Source: Eledone cirrhosa
Lineage: Eukaryota
Reading direction: 5' to 3'
NCBI GenBank assembly: GCA_964016885.1
Contig: OZ024740.1
Span: forward strand, 369,334,001 to 369,398,000
Length of the DNA stretch: 64,000 bases
Numbering within the stretch: position 1 is the first letter of the stretch; each line of letters starts with the position of its first letter. The notes under the pieces are model-generated. The model worked only from the letters and a program-made list of their open reading frames with translations. It ran no database searches and was not told the DNA's origin. The position numbers and the translations under genes are program-made. Positions 9,437 through 23,230 of this stretch are shown piece after piece.

Positions 9437-12400
9437 ATGTCTAATGATGAAATCTCATACCGGATCGGCCGTCACCCGGGTAAAAAAGGGCCGCGTCCCT
9501 CAGAGAGGAACCAGACTGGGGTCGAAAAATCAGCTAATGGTTCAAACCTTCCCATCACTTCGGAGCTGGAGACCTCCCATAACCGGAATACTCCTACTGT
9601 TGGCCCTCCATGCTCACCACCAAGAAATCCAAAGAAAAAGAGAGAAAAATGGTCAAGGGAAGATAATAAAGAAGTCCTTGAGGCTTTCTACACTGCCATG
9701 TACTACCCGTCAAATACATCGAATACAGAGCAAACATATATCAACTGGAAAAAGAAACATCCCGAAAACAGAGGCTATATTGACAGTAACAAACTAGCCA
9801 ATATACGAAGAAATATTGTAAGAAAAAAGTTACTAACTGATATAGAAATTGATCAGATCAAGCTAGTAGCACAAAGTCAGCGAAGGGAAAATGAAGCATG
9901 TGTCAGTGAAAACGAGGTAAACTGTAACACTTCGAATCCCAGAGTTGGGGCGGAATCACTGGCAACAGAACAAATTAAAGAAAAGAGCGAAAAAGTGGAG
10001 GGAGTGCATGCTCAGGATGAAACTCCAAATGAAAATAATGAGATCGTAAATGATAAAGAAATGAATGAGAATGAACTTGCCAACTTGAAGGATGAAATTA
10101 TGATCGAATGGACGAAAATGAAAGAATCTGACATGGGGGAACGAGACACCCTCCCTAAGATCCAGAACTCCAAACAGAACCAAAAGATAATACACAAGAC
10201 TAACATAATTCTCAAAAACATTATCATCACAAACAAAATGAACATTACTGACTTAAATCATCTCTATTATGCATCGGCTAAAGTCACCACTCACTTATGT
10301 GGAGTGAAGATGAAAAAACAAAGGAATTCCCACAAGAAATCTACTTGGCAAGATAACATCAATCGCCAAATAAACCTTCTCCGATCTGACATAGAAATTT
10401 TAACAAACTATAAAGTAGGTGAACATGTTAAACAAACTAAACTTAGAAAATTGAAAAAAAAGTACAGTATAAGATCAACATGTGACATAGACATGCTGAT
10501 AGAAACAATCAAGCAAAAAGTGTCGGCCAAAGCTGCTCGTATAAGGCGCTTTGAAAAACGATCTAGATTCTATAAGGACAATAATATGTTCAAAAACAAC
10601 CAAAGAAACTTCTACAGAAAAATTGGTAAGTCAACAATAACTGCTAAATCAATACCACCCAAGGAGGAAGTGCAAGAATTCTGGGAAAAGATCTGGGCCG
10701 AAGAAAAAGTTCATAACATACATGCCCCATGGATAGACAGACAAATGAAAGAAACAGCTCACCTTGAAGAACAAACATGGGAAAATATAACAGTTGAACA
10801 GCTGCGCTTGGCTCTAAGAAAAACCAGCAAATGGAAATCCCCAGGAAAAGACAAAATACAAAACTTTTGGATAAATACCTTCACAGAGTCTCATGAGCTG
10901 TTAGCCCAACTTTACAATGAAATAGTTAAGGAGCCAGAAAAGATACCATCATGGCTAGTTAACGGCATTACATTCCTGCTACCGAAGAATGATGAGATAA
11001 ACAATCCCAAAAATTACAGACCGATAACCTGCTTGACCACAATGTATAAAATTTTAACATCAGTCCTAACTGAATACACATATGACCACCTGATAACAAA
11101 TGACCTATTTCCCATTGAGCAGAAAGGGTGTAAACGAGGCTCATATGGCTGTAAGGATCAGCTTCTGGTTAACAAAATGATACTGGAAGATTGTCATAAT
11201 AGACACAAAAATCTATCGATTGCTTGGATAGATTATAAAAAGCATTTGATAGTTTGCCACACAGTTGGATTGAAAAATGTTTAAAGATTTTCAAAGTATC
11301 CCCCGTTGTCAGGAGGATTTTGTCATTCAGTATGAAGACATCGAAAACGACACTCCTTTTGAATAGTGAAACAAAATCACTGGAAGCTGAAGAAGTTAAT
11401 ATTAATTGTGGAATTTTTCAGGGTGACTCTTTATCACCGCTTTTATTCTGCATCGCACTTATACCATTAAGTAATATTCTCAATGAAACAAAACATGGAT
11501 ATAAAGTCTATGACAAAACCATTAATCACCTGTTCTACATGGATGACCTGAAACTATTCGCAAAAAATGATGAACAATTGCAAGGGCTATTATCCAATGT
11601 GAAACAGTTCAGTGATGACATTAAAATGGAGTTTGGACTAGATAAATGCGCCAAAGCAACGTTCACCAGAGGAAAGCTGCTGAAGAGTTCAGACATTAAT
11701 CTTGATCGGGGGAACGTGATAAGAGAGCTTGATCAAGAACAAACTTACAAATATCTAGGTGTTTGTGAAGGAGACGGAATCAAGCACTCGACAATGAGGG
11801 AAAGGATAAGGAAGGAATGTTACCGCAGAGTAAGAGCAATCTTAAGAACGGAATTGAATGCAAGGAATAGGATCGATGCCATAAACACGCTTGCCATACC
11901 AGTAGTAACCTACAGTTACAATGTCATCAACTGGTCAAGCACAGAGATCCGTAGGCTCGATACAGAAATTCGAAAATTCTTAACCATGCACAGAATGCAT
12001 CACCCTAAGGCAGATACAGATAGAATATATCTCCCTAGGAAAGAAGGAGGACGTGGGTTAATCCAGTTAGACATTGCGTTGAAAACTGCAACAATTGGAT
12101 TATCTACATATCTAAGGGAATCACATGATTGGATGATCAAACTCGTTTTGAAAAACGAAAGCATCAAAAGATCACATTCCATTACAAAAGATGCACAAAG
12201 ATACAGTAATGGACTACACATTTCAGAAGTCCCATTTACTGCTGAAATGGAAAACCCAGAAAAAGCAAAGCAGGTAAAAGTAACTGTAAAGAAAGAACTG
12301 CTACGAATTGGCTAAGAAATGGCAAGAAAAGCCTCTGTATGGAAAATATCCAGAACGAGCTACCAATCCTGATGTTGACAAAACTTTAACCCATCAGTGG

Positions 12401-13085
12401 TTGGCATCCTCTGGACTGAAATCGGAGACTGAAGGACTGATTATATCAGCACAAGATCAGTGTCTGCCAACAAAAAATTACCAAGCCAACATAATAAAAA
12501 TATGGATGCAGCCCATTATGCCGTGTATGTAAAACACAACCAGAGACCATTGGCAATATAATTTCAATGTGCAGTCCTATAGCTCCAACCGAATACCTAA
12601 TCAGGCATGACAGAGCTGCACAATACATGCGTTGGATAATGTGTAAGCATTTTGACCTGCCCCATCAAAAGAATTGGTGGGAGCATCAACCACCTCCCAT
12701 ACTTGAAAAAGATCACATCTCAATCTTGTGGAACTTTAGCATCCAAACAGACCGAAAAATAGATGCAAATAGACCTGATAAAATATTGAAGGACTTTAAA
12801 AAGAGTGTATGCCTGCTAATTGATATGTCCGTTCCAATAGACAAGAATGTATCTATAAAAACATTTGAAAAATTGAGCAAGTATAAGGACCTGGAGATAA
12901 AAATTGGAAACATGTGGAAATTAAGAACTAAAACAATACCAGTGGTTGTAGGCGCTCTGGGAATTATACCTAAGGGATCGAATGATTACTTATCGCAAAT
13001 CCCAGGAAACCCGCGTATAGGAGAAATACAAAAGATAGTACTAATGGGAACTGCCCATATACTCAGGAAGATTCTGTCAATATAA
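9437..13085 (+). pseudogene. R4/Dong-like polyprotein (Myb-like N-terminus, RT, CCHC finger, RLE), three frameshifts
   Basis: N-terminal KWSREDNKEVLEAFY. RT motifs KSPGKDKIQNFW, YRPITCL, EQKG, WIDYKK(AFD), GIFQGDSLSPLLFC and HLFYMDDLKL. RLE motifs RHD, NRPDKILKD, IDMSVP and KYKDL. Confidence 0.92.
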
Positions 13086-13230
13086 CTACATCACAAGTCT
13101 AAACACTAAAGATTCATGTGTGAGTATGTATGTTCTTTCTTGAACATGGCGGACCTTGTTGTCTCTTGAGGTCACTGGTTGTGACTTGGTGATAACTCGT
13201 ATGAACATAAAGCAAGATAAATGCAGCTGT

Positions 13231-13279
13231 AATACTAATAATAATAATAATAATAATAATAATTAATAATAATAATAAT
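13231..13279. repeat. (AAT)n tract shared as tail by R4-A (+) and Tx1-A copy 2 (-), tail to tail
   Basis: Direct reading. Confidence 0.9.
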
Positions 13280-13524
13280 GTTTTCTTTATTAACCACAAG
13301 GGTTTACATAAAGTAGACATTAAGGACAGTACAGGACAATACAGGACGGTACAAATGGGCATTTCTGCGTGTAAAAAAAAACAGAGGTTGAAATAAAATA
13401 ACAAAGAAAAATTCCCCAATAGGGGGGAGACTTCCGAGGGACATTTGTGGAGAAAGCCCATTAAAAGACCACAGTGGCCCTGACCACCAGGGCAAGTGCC
13501 CTCTCCCAGTTTTCCACCTTTAAT

Positions 13525-16500
13525 TTACAGACACATACTCAGAGAAAGCCCATTCATTCGGGCCATACTTGCTTCTCTCACCCATCTTTCAACAAAATGC
13601 TGGGAAGAGAGCACTTCCCTCTCTACCCTGATTTTCCTTTTCAAATGAAATTTGAAAAAGTTAATCAGGGCATCACCGAAGAGGTAAGTGCTCGTCTTCA
13701 GCCCTTTCAAACGTGTCCACCATACTATCTCTTTCGCCATGGCCACCAGACAGATAAAAACTGCCTGCCCTTCCAGGCTAAAGGAATGGGGCGGGGCAAT
13801 CCTCACGGTGGACTCATCTGATAGCTGGATCCGTCCTACACGTGACAGCAGGTGTTCGACATAAACCCACAAGTCAGCAATGCTCGGACACTGGACGAGT
13901 GCGTGCAGGACGGTTTCGTCACCCTGCGCGCATCTCGGACATGCCCGGCTGACGGCACCTCCATGCCTGTAGAGTTTATCCCGAACTGGCAAAGCTCCTC
14001 GGTAGCACTGCCAGGCCAGGGATTTCTGGAAGTTGTCCATAGGCCCCGGCCCGAAAGTCCTTCCGAAGAGATTGGCTAGTTGATTTTCGTCGACGCCTAG
14101 AGTTTCTCCAAGTACGTCGTCGCTCTTCCCCTCCACTAATCCCCTATAGAACGCCAAGGTGGAGTTTCCACCGATCACATTGCCCGATTGGTCGAGGGCT
14201 GTGAGCGCCTGAAGACATTCCAGTCTCCAAGCGCTCCCTCTCGGTCTTCGCTTGACCCAGGACTGCAGCTCCGTCAAGGAGACGAGCTGGGGAAAAACGT
14301 GTCTTGCAAACGGCGACCACACCTGATCACCGTCGAGGAAGAGGTGGAGATGTTGTAGCCTGAGCGCGTGTCTGCGCATCATCAGCCACGGCATGCCCAG
14401 CCCTCCACGTAGCGGGTGTTGACAGCAGATGGACCGCCTGACCATCGGAGCGCGTCCCTTCCACAAGAAGCGAAAGAGCAAACGCTCCAGCGCAGTCAGG
14501 CGGGGCTTAGGACAAGGTACGACGGTCAGGCGGTAGTAGATGACGGATGCGATGTACGCATTCGCCACCTCCGCTCGACCTTTCAGGGATAGCTTCCTCT
14601 CGGCCCATTTCTGGGTGAGAGAAGCCACCCTGCTCGTCACCTCGTCCCAGTTTTTGTCCGTCTGGAGGTCTGGACCGAACCAGACCCCTAGCAATTTAAC
14701 CGGTCCGTCCGTCCAGCGCCCGACGACGCTGTTGGACGGCATGGACCTGCCTCTCCAGGTGCGGAGCTGCAGGCCCACTGACTTTTCCTGGTTGATCATT
14801 GCTCCTGTCACCGCTTCGTATTCTCTTAGTGTAGTGCCGATCGCCTCGATGTGTTTGGCGTTCGACACCACTACGGTGACATCGTCGGCATATGCTGACA
14901 CGGATCTTCCGCATCCTAGTTCGCGCGGGACCCCCCTCAACGTCTCCAGTTTGTGCAGTAATGGCTCGAGAGTCAATACGTACAAAAGGGACGAGAGGGG
15001 ACATCCTTGGCGGACCGAGCGCATGATGTTGAACGGTTCCGAAAGGTGACCGTTCACTCTCACTACAGAGCAGATGTCGCTGTGCATGTCAGCGATCCAG
15101 CCTCTGAAGACGGGCCCAAAGCCAGCCGCCCTCAGGACTGCCGTTAGGTAAAGATGGTCGACCCTATCGAAGGCTTTCGACTGATCTAAATTGATCAAAG
15201 ACCCACCCGTGCCAGGTTCCCTAGCTACCCTCTCTACGATGTATCGCATGAGGTGGAGGTTGTCGTGGATGGATCTGTCGGGAATGGCGCATGTCTGTGC
15301 CTCTCCCACCAGACACCAACTACAAGCGCCAACCTCTTTGCTAGCACCTTGGCCAAAATCTTGAACTCTGTGTTTAGTAGAGTTATGGGCCTAAAATTAT
15401 CTATGTTATCCCCCTTGTTCGGATCCTTTCTCAGCAGCGCCACCGCTCCTCGGCTCACAGAGCTGGGAATTCTCCCGTTCTGTTGCCAGTTGCAGTAGAC
15501 GTCCGCCAAGAGGCCTCCGAACAAGTTTGGCATTTGTACGTAAAGTTCATAGGGCAGACCATCCAAACCAGGCGATTTACCCCTTGTGCAACTAGTCATT
15601 GCATCCCGTACTTCAGCGGTTGTTATCGGCTTTTCGCAACACTCCGCCTCAGTGGCCGAAAGCCGCGGCAGTCCGTCGAGGTAGACACTAAAATCCATCC
15701 CTCGATCCGGCCCGCCACTGCCCCCGAACAGTTGAGCGAAGTGTCGCTGAAAAGCTTCACACATTTGCCCGGGATCGAGTAGCATGCGCCCGTCGTGGTC
15801 CACCAAAGACCGGATCGTGGCTTTGTTGCCACGACGCGCCTCCGCCACTCGGGCCCATTGAACGGCTTTCGTCCCCTCGTGTCTGAGAGCACGCACCCTA
15901 GCTCTGACAACGCAGCCTTCGTGCTTTGCATTGAAGAAATGGTCAAGGGCCAATTTCGCCGCAAGTACGTCGGTCGCGATGCCTTTGCTAAGCGCCTCAT
16001 CTAATTTTCTAACTAATTCTCCCTCTGCTCTATTTTTCTCTATTGCTAAAGTCTTACTAAACCTAATGGATTCTATTCTAATTGCTCTTTTCGGAGCAAA
16101 CCACCACTTGTTGTTGACGATGGCCCCCGTCAACGCCCGCTTAACTAGTTCGCTAATCCGGTCTCTGTAGGCCTTGCGCGCTGGTAAGAGCGCGTTTAAC
16201 TTCCAGTAGCCGGGTCCTCGTCTATGAAGCCTATCTAAGTCAAGCACACAGATCACGAATTTGTGGTCCGTGTAGCTGACTATCTTGAATTGTGGACAGC
16301 CTATGCTAGACCTATCTATTTCCCTACAAAATACTCTATCTAGATATGATCTGGATGACCCTATGCGATTTGTCCAAGTCCACATTGGTGCATTCGGGAA
16401 ATCCATTCGGTACCTGTCAGACAGTTCAAAACGTCTGAGCAGGTTGGTGAGACTCTTGCACCCTCCTTCCCTATCCACTAATCCCACACAATCCCAGCGT

Positions 16501-16945
16501 GCATCTAAGATCCCGTTCCAGTCGCCCACTAACACTAAAGAGCGGGACGTTCCAAGAAAGGTCTCCAGACACCGGAAGAAATCAGGCCGCCCTGCTCCTG
16601 TCGGGGCATAGACGGCCACAAACCTGAAAGCTTGCCCGTCTCCGCTGGTCACGTCCAGCACCACCAACTTACCTTCTGGGTCCAGGAAGATGGCCCGTAT
16701 GGCAAGATCCAAACCTCTCCGAAAAAGCACAGCAACTCCCCCCCCCCCGATCCCGGACGGCTGGGAGATGCGTACACATCGTAGCCGCCGAAGATCGGTG
16801 CGAAAGCCTGTGCTTCGGAGATTCTGGTCTCGCTGATGGCCACTACATCTATGTTTAGTGAACTGAGGTCGTTGAGCAGGTGGCCCTGCTTCCATGACGA
16901 CCCCAAGCCACGCGCATTTATGCTGCCTATTCTGAGTGAGGTCAT
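13525..16945 (-). pseudogene. Tx1 ORF2 (APE-RT-CCHC), two frameshifts (C-run near 16740 and near 15315)
   Basis: Motifs VGDWN, YLDRV, YTDHK, DQSKAFDRV, SVRQGCPLS, AYADD and CPRC..H..C. Confidence 0.93.
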
Positions 16946-17455
16946 GTTGAAAAGGTGTGGAAAAGATGGGAAAGACCACTTACCTTACTTCTCGTAGGGG
17001 AAGGGCGGCTTTTCCATCCTTTTCACTGCTTGTGGCCTCCTCAGGAAGGATGTCCTTATAAATCCTCCTGGAGAGTGCTTGTCGGAAGTCTCCGATGTCT
17101 TTGGGGAATTTTTGTTTTAGTGTCATGTACGTTTTCTGTGTGATGCGAGTGATTTGTATGTGTGGAGGTGGTGTGAATTTTGCGGTTGTTGTGTAGTCTT
17201 TTTCTGTGATGCTGGTGTTGTGTTGGATGTAGTGTAATAATTGGTTGTTGTTCAAATTTAATGTGGTGTAGTGTGTATCGTTTTGTTTGCGTCTGTTGTG
17301 GGTTTGTTTCTGTTTCGCATTTTGGTGACTTTTGTGGTGTAGGTGATTGTGGTGCTGGGGATAATGATGGTGATGGTGTTGGTGTTTGGGTTGATGGGGT
17401 TGGTGATGCTGGTGTGGATGGTGGCATATCTGTCCTAACTTTTTTGTTTCTTAGT

Positions 17456-18926
17456 TTATTTGTTTCCCTCTGTATTTTGTTTTTGGAGGGGGAAGGAAGA
17501 GAATTTTTTCTTTTTTGCTTTCTTTTTTTTTCCGGATATCGTTTCCCACTCCTCGTCGTCACAATCTGTCTCCAGTTGTGATAGGCCGGGGAGTGGAAAA
17601 TCCTCCACAGCCGTTAGTTTTGGTTGTGGTGTGGTGGATGGTGTAGGCGCTGGTGCTAGTTCTGAAGCGTTGGGTGGTGGTGGTGTTGGTTTTGCTGGTG
17701 GTGGTAGTGGTGTTGGTTTTGCTACTGTTGCTGGGGTTGTTGCTGTTATAGTTGCTTCTGTTGTTGCTGCTACAGTTGTTGCTGCCATCTCTGCTACTGG
17801 TGGTGTTGATGGTTGTGTCACTGGGGTGGGTAGGAGAGGTGGCCTCAACCTTTTAGCCTGAGGGCAGAAAGCCCTTAGGTGGGTTCCTTCACCACAAACG
17901 ACACACCTAGGTCTTCTGCCCTCGACAATTACCGTGAGGTGGCTGCCGTCAGTGAGGTCTATTACCTCTGGGATCTCCTCAATGCTTTTTTGGTCCGCTT
18001 GGATCAGGAGCTCCATCCCAGATCCGGACCAGTTTTCCTGCTTTTCTTTTGCTACTGCTATTATTTTCGTGTTGGCTTCGATGCCGGCGAGGACAGCCGC
18101 TATTAGCCAGGGAATTTCGATGGCCGGTGGAACGTGGGTCACCCTGATCTTTACGAGTCTCTGGCCACAATAGCTTGGGACGAGTGTGAGGTCGTCACTA
18201 TTTAATGGGGCCATGGAGTGTTCTCTAGCCTCCTCTGGTGTTTCAAAGAACACATCCACGGTTCCATACTTTTGCCCACGTCTGATGTCCCAAAGCTTTT
18301 TGGATTTGGGACTCGGATGCCCGTTCCACTCGGCGCGATTTTACATTTATTGTTCTATACGACACGGTGCACAGGCGCCGATGCTCCATTTTATTAGGTG
18401 GGGGGGGGGTGAGGCTGACCCTGTACCCATCTTTCTTTACCATTTGTTTGGCATTTTCTAAATCTTCTTGAGTTACCGTGAACGCTTCGAATTGTTTTGC
18501 TACGATGGCGAAACTGAGGGTCGGTTTTATAATGTCATTGTTGTTGTTGTTGCTATCGTTAATATTAATTTTATTTTCAGTTGTGGTGGTGGTGACGTCA
18601 GTCGTCTTTGGTGGGGAAGTGTCCATTTTGCTTGATTTCATTTCGACGTCACGAGTTAATTTATTTTTTTCTTCTTTTGTTTCTGTTGTCGCGGTGGTGG
18701 TGGTGGTGGTGGTTGTCGCGGTGGTGGTGGTGGAGGGTTTAACACCTGCAGTCATTGGTAATGGCGGGAAATGAATGTCTGCCTGAGACAAATTTAAAAT
18801 ATTGCTACTGCTTATATTTTTTTTTGTGTTGGCAAACGTAGTAACATTTACAATGGGGGTGTCGGTGTGAGGTGTTATTTTGTGAGGAAGGCTTTCAGCT
18901 GCTTGGTGCAGAGGGGAATTAGCCAT
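17456..18926 (-). pseudogene. Tx1 ORF1 with zinc knuckle; 22-bp deletion near 18288
   Basis: ORFs 18243-18926 and 17456-18259, containing CVVCGEGTHLRAFC. Confidence 0.85.
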
Positions 18927-19135
18927 TTTTTTTCAAAGAAATGTTTGGATAATAATAAAAGTTAAAATTTCGGGCACAAGGCCCCAATCTTTTTGGGTGT
19001 CCTTTTCGGAAAACAATGTATGTGTGCTTATAAACAGTTTACAATAAAATTTTCCATAAATGGCAATTTTTAAACAAACGGAAATAACAAACCTTTGCGG
19101 AGCTCACGATAATACGATTTCCTACGTAGGTCGCC

Positions 19136-19299
<164 letters not shown>

Positions 19300-19598
19300 A
19301 AGAACAACATGTGTAACGACTAAGGAAAGGGGATGAAAAAGAAGAGAATTCTCACTGAGGATTATACACAGATGATATATTGTGGAGATGCAGGTCAACT
19401 AAGCTGTGTTTATTGGGGTATGAAGAATTTAATGTTTGTTATATTTATGTCTTCATTTCTTGACTGAACATAAAGATAGCATGTGACCCTCTTATTGATT
19501 AATTACTTTATTTAGAGATTTGGATGGAGACACATTCTCAACTTCAAGACGTTGTTTCTGTGTTCATATTGATTCCTTTTGAGAAATTCAGTATATAA

Positions 19599-19602
<4 letters not shown>

Positions 19603-19687
<85 letters not shown>

Positions 19688-19689
19688 TA

Positions 19690-19740
<51 letters not shown>

Positions 19741-19768
19741 GTATATATTTATATATATATATATACAT
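19603..19768. repeat. (AT)n microsatellite, one of many; similar tracts lie near 28.9, 30.1, 30.5, 31.8, 32.7, 34.1, 41.9-42.4, 43.3, 44.0, 58.8-59.4 and 61.9-62.0 kb
   Basis: Direct reading. Confidence 0.95.
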
Positions 19769-20040
19769 ATCATCATCATCACCGTTTTACATCCGTTCTT
19801 CAATGCTACCATGGGTTAGACGGGTTGGCCTGTTGTGGGCAGTGTCTGGTCGGCTGACCATGCCTTGCTCATACAGAAACTGATTTTGGTTTGGTTTCTA
19901 CAGCAGGATGCCCTTCCTAACACCAACCTCATTTACAGTGAGTGGTGGGTGCTTTTTTCCGTGGCGCCTACACGTCCACTTTACAGTGTGGGCTGGATGC
20001 TTTTTTTGCCGTTACACCTCCACGACCACCTTGCAGTGGG
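19769..20040 (-). mobile_element. Second SINE-like repeat with (GAT)n tail
   Basis: Minus strand reads GGTTGGTGTTAGGAAGGGCATCCTGCTGTAGAAAC...AACGGTGATGATGATG. I recall this motif and tail type from animal SINEs. Confidence 0.55.
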
Positions 20041-20092
20041 AGGATATATATATATATATACAAATTCATATATATATATATATATATATATA

Positions 20093-20120
20093 CTAGCAGA
20101 AGTACCCGGCGTTGCCCGGG
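20093..20120 (-). mobile_element. Helitron 3' terminus (5' end not located)
   Basis: Minus strand reads CCCGG-GCAACG-CCGGG hairpin, 8 nt, then CTAG followed by T, inside (AT)n. This is the canonical Helitron end. Confidence 0.75.
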
Positions 20121-21182
20121 TGTAAGTCGACCTTTGGTCTGTTAGAATGTGTGAAAGTTACTTCCCGCACATCACAGGTTCAAAACTTCGAACTTCAATG
20201 AAAAAAAATAGGTTAGTAGACACAGGTGTGTAATTTATTAATTGTAGTTACACAGTGTGTCGTTGAAATTGTTCTCTGCACGACTGACGGAAATCAAAAT
20301 CGCTTGATATTGAATGTTCAGTTAATTTAAAGCAGGGTGAAAATGTCGATTACTTTCAGGGTTCTTTTTTTTTTACAATTTTTGCGCTCACATGTGCAGA
20401 AGTAGAATTAAAAGGGCCTTTTTCTTAACCGCGGCATGATGGAGAGTCGTTTGTGACAGTTTCAAGAATATAGGGCATTCCTGTAAAAAGTTTTTCCATG
20501 TGTAACTTTGCCTTGTTTTTTGCGCAAAGTCGAGCCCCGCTTCAGTTTTATTGATTTTTTACATCAATGCGTGTCCTCTGACGTAGATTTGAGTAGCTAA
20601 AAACCTGCCTCAGCCTCAAGCCTCGTCTGACGGGATGTTGGTGATTCCTCCGTCAGCGCTTGTTGGCGACGAAGGCGAACATCAGCAAGCCTTGTCGTAC
20701 GTGATGTTGGTGACTCAACCAGAGATTCGCGCTCAGCAGGTGTTTCCTAGAGAAAATTAATTAATTCTTCTGGTTAGCTAAGCCAATGGCAGTGTCAATA
20801 GTAAATGAGAAAAGTCTAACATGAACAAAGGGGAATCAAGGTAAGACAATAAATTTAATATAACTACGATTAGAATGTTGTAGTTGTTTAAACGTGGTGA
20901 CAGTTAGGATAAACGCAGTACTTGCTAACATTAAGGGAGAATATTGCATAAAGGATTAATCAATTGTGAATGAACTCATACCTGAGAACGCCTAATTCGT
21001 TGTCTCAAAGCAATAGCTGTACCTTTTTGGAGGTAAGTCTGGAACGTTTCCGTGTGGGCATAACGACGTGTAACGAAGCTGTTAGGTTAGAGAGAGTGAT
21101 TAAATACAGAGAGAGATGAAACCAGATTCGTTAGCATGGTTACTGGTGAATGGGAAGGTTTGGAAATATGATTACAATAACT

Positions 21183-21440
21183 TACCGAATTTTCCGGTCT
21201 AAAAAATTGCACTTAAAATAATTAAATTTAATCAAAAAACAGCTCTGCGCTTTATACTCCGGTGAGCCTTATGTATAAATAATACAATGGTAATCATTCA
21301 CGGCTCTAACAGAAGTAATAGATCTAGACTAAAAGTAAAGAAGATAGCATTTTCCTGGTTGGCCTTACACGCCGTTGCGCGGACCTGATTTTAAATGATA
21401 CGCCTTATATCCTGGTGAGCCTTATAGAGCGGAAAATATC
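21183..21440. mobile_element. Degraded pogo/Tigger-like MITE
   Basis: Left end TACCGAATTTCCGGTCTA and right end CTTATAGAGCGGAAAATA are imperfect TIRs. Internal repeated CCGGTGAGCCTTAT motif. Confidence 0.45.
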
Positions 21441-22392
21441 TATTGGAAAAGAATACGAATTCATGACCAAAGTGTGACAAAATAGGCGTCTATACAGCGC
21501 CTGAAACAAACTTGTCCAACACCCTAGGATTTTTCTCGTTAAGTATCCACCCAAAAGGAACCGTTTTTTAGTTACAAAAAATAACCAAAGTGTATAGTAG
21601 CTATATTTCTGACATATCATGCCAAAAAGAACAATATATTCAAAAAATGTTCTAAAGTACATTCAATCTCTCCTTTTGACCGATATCTTAATAAGCAAGT
21701 TATCGATTTTTTATTGACTGTCAGTGTCTATCTGCATGCAGGTGTGAACGTGTGCGCAATTAATTGCTAATACGCTCATAACATTTAGTCGTAAGCAGAA
21801 CAAAAAATGCCATTAGAGGTGGGCTAATAATGAAGACACAAACCCTGGTGAACTTACGTTTAAACACCCGAAAAGTTACTCACTTCCTGTGAAAAAGACT
21901 GTATTATAAATTAAGAATTTTTTTAGAATCTTTTGTTTAAAAAAGGAAAACATTGGTACGACGTAACATTTTTTACAACTGTGTATGTGTACAATACAAC
22001 TTGGTCAACGTATTATTTAGTAATTTTTTTTTCAAAAAGCATGATTATTTAAGACTGTTTGAAAATTTACTCACAGCTTTTAGCATCACAAAAAACACCA
22101 TTAAATTTGGTTCCCTTTTCAGATAGGGATAATACTGTATTTCCACTTGAATAAGGTGGAATATGAAAAGATAAACTCTTTAATGGTCGGTCGTTTACTG
22201 AGACAGCTGGGAAGACATGCAGCTGGTCGTCCAATCAATAACGCACGTCCTTATACGGGCATATGAAATTTATTTCTATTGCGCCAGATGTAAACTAAGA
22301 GTTCTTGTGTTCGAATTCACATACAATTTCATTGGAATCGAAAAACATTCTGTCATAGGGCCCGATTATCGATTTTTCGTGACGAAACAACA

Positions 22393-23230
22393 ACAGCCAT
22401 CCGCAGAGCTATCAGACGAGAGGGACTAGATATCCAACTAGCCCACTCAGGACCTTCTCTACGCGGACAGCTAACCAAAAGACACTCCACCAGACATGAC
22501 AGCCGCTGCAGGCTAGCCAACTGCCCCATCAACGACACATACCTATGCCACCAGGCTTACGTCGTATACAGACTAGAGTGCGACAAATGCAACAAATTCT
22601 ACGTAGGTAGCACCATCAGACCACTTCACATAATAATAAAAGAAGACCTCCATACTAACGCTTCCTCATTTAAGAAACACCTAGTGAAATACAAAATCAC
22701 CGACAAAACCATAACAGTTAGTATAGAAACTAAGGAAAGAAACCTCGGCAATGTTAGAATTAAGGAAGCACTAATTATAGACAAAACACAACCACCAATC
22801 AATAATAGACTAGAACTCAACACCCAATTTATAACTTGATAGAGCATCTAGCCCCATACTTACACCCCCTCCCACACACATGCATACACACACACGCCTA
22901 CACCTCCACTTATTCTCTCTCACACACACACACAAAAAAACCAGTTCTAACACGAGAGAGCATCTATCCTCCACATTTACGTATAGACATATCTTCTCAC
23001 ACTCACACACACATACTTATACCTTCACATACATGTACACAACCCCTTTTAAAGAGAGACTACTATTTATCCACCTAACCTTAACTCTTTGACATTAGAG
23101 ATAGAACAGATACTCTATACCGTTTCCTGTCAGCATGACTTGGTAAGCTATTTAGAACACTGGTTTAACCGCTTTACTTTCCTCCGAATAAGAGATATTA
23201 TCTCGAAAATTAAGGACATTCCAATAAAAT
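22393..23230 (+). mobile_element. Penelope-like element 3' fragment (GIY-YIG endonuclease plus 3' region)
   Basis: Frame 22402-22839 has no start codon and is missing from the ORF track. It reads CRLANCP...VVYRLECDKCNKFYVGSTIRPLH...IKEALIIDKTQPPINNR*. Degenerate hammerhead-like GAGATATTATCTC-GAAA near 23192. Confidence 0.82.

Larger units (their letters stand above)
8350..13230 (+). mobile_element. Apparently full-length R4/Dong-like RLE retrotransposon, family A, copy 1, with ~1.1 kb 5' leader
   Basis: Single long ORF with RT and RLE and an (AAT)n tail. The leader is homologous from ~8350 to the reverse complement of ~50270-51310. Confidence 0.88.
13280..19135 (-). mobile_element. Full-length Tx1-clade non-LTR retrotransposon, family A, copy 2
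   Basis: Collinear with copy 1, retains AYADD, and is flanked by (AAT)n on both sides. Confidence 0.93.

Noticed and set aside
1032-18774. Numerous + strand ORFs overlapping the Tx1 copies
   Set aside because: Antisense frames of GC-richer retrotransposon ORFs. They recur only because the element is duplicated.
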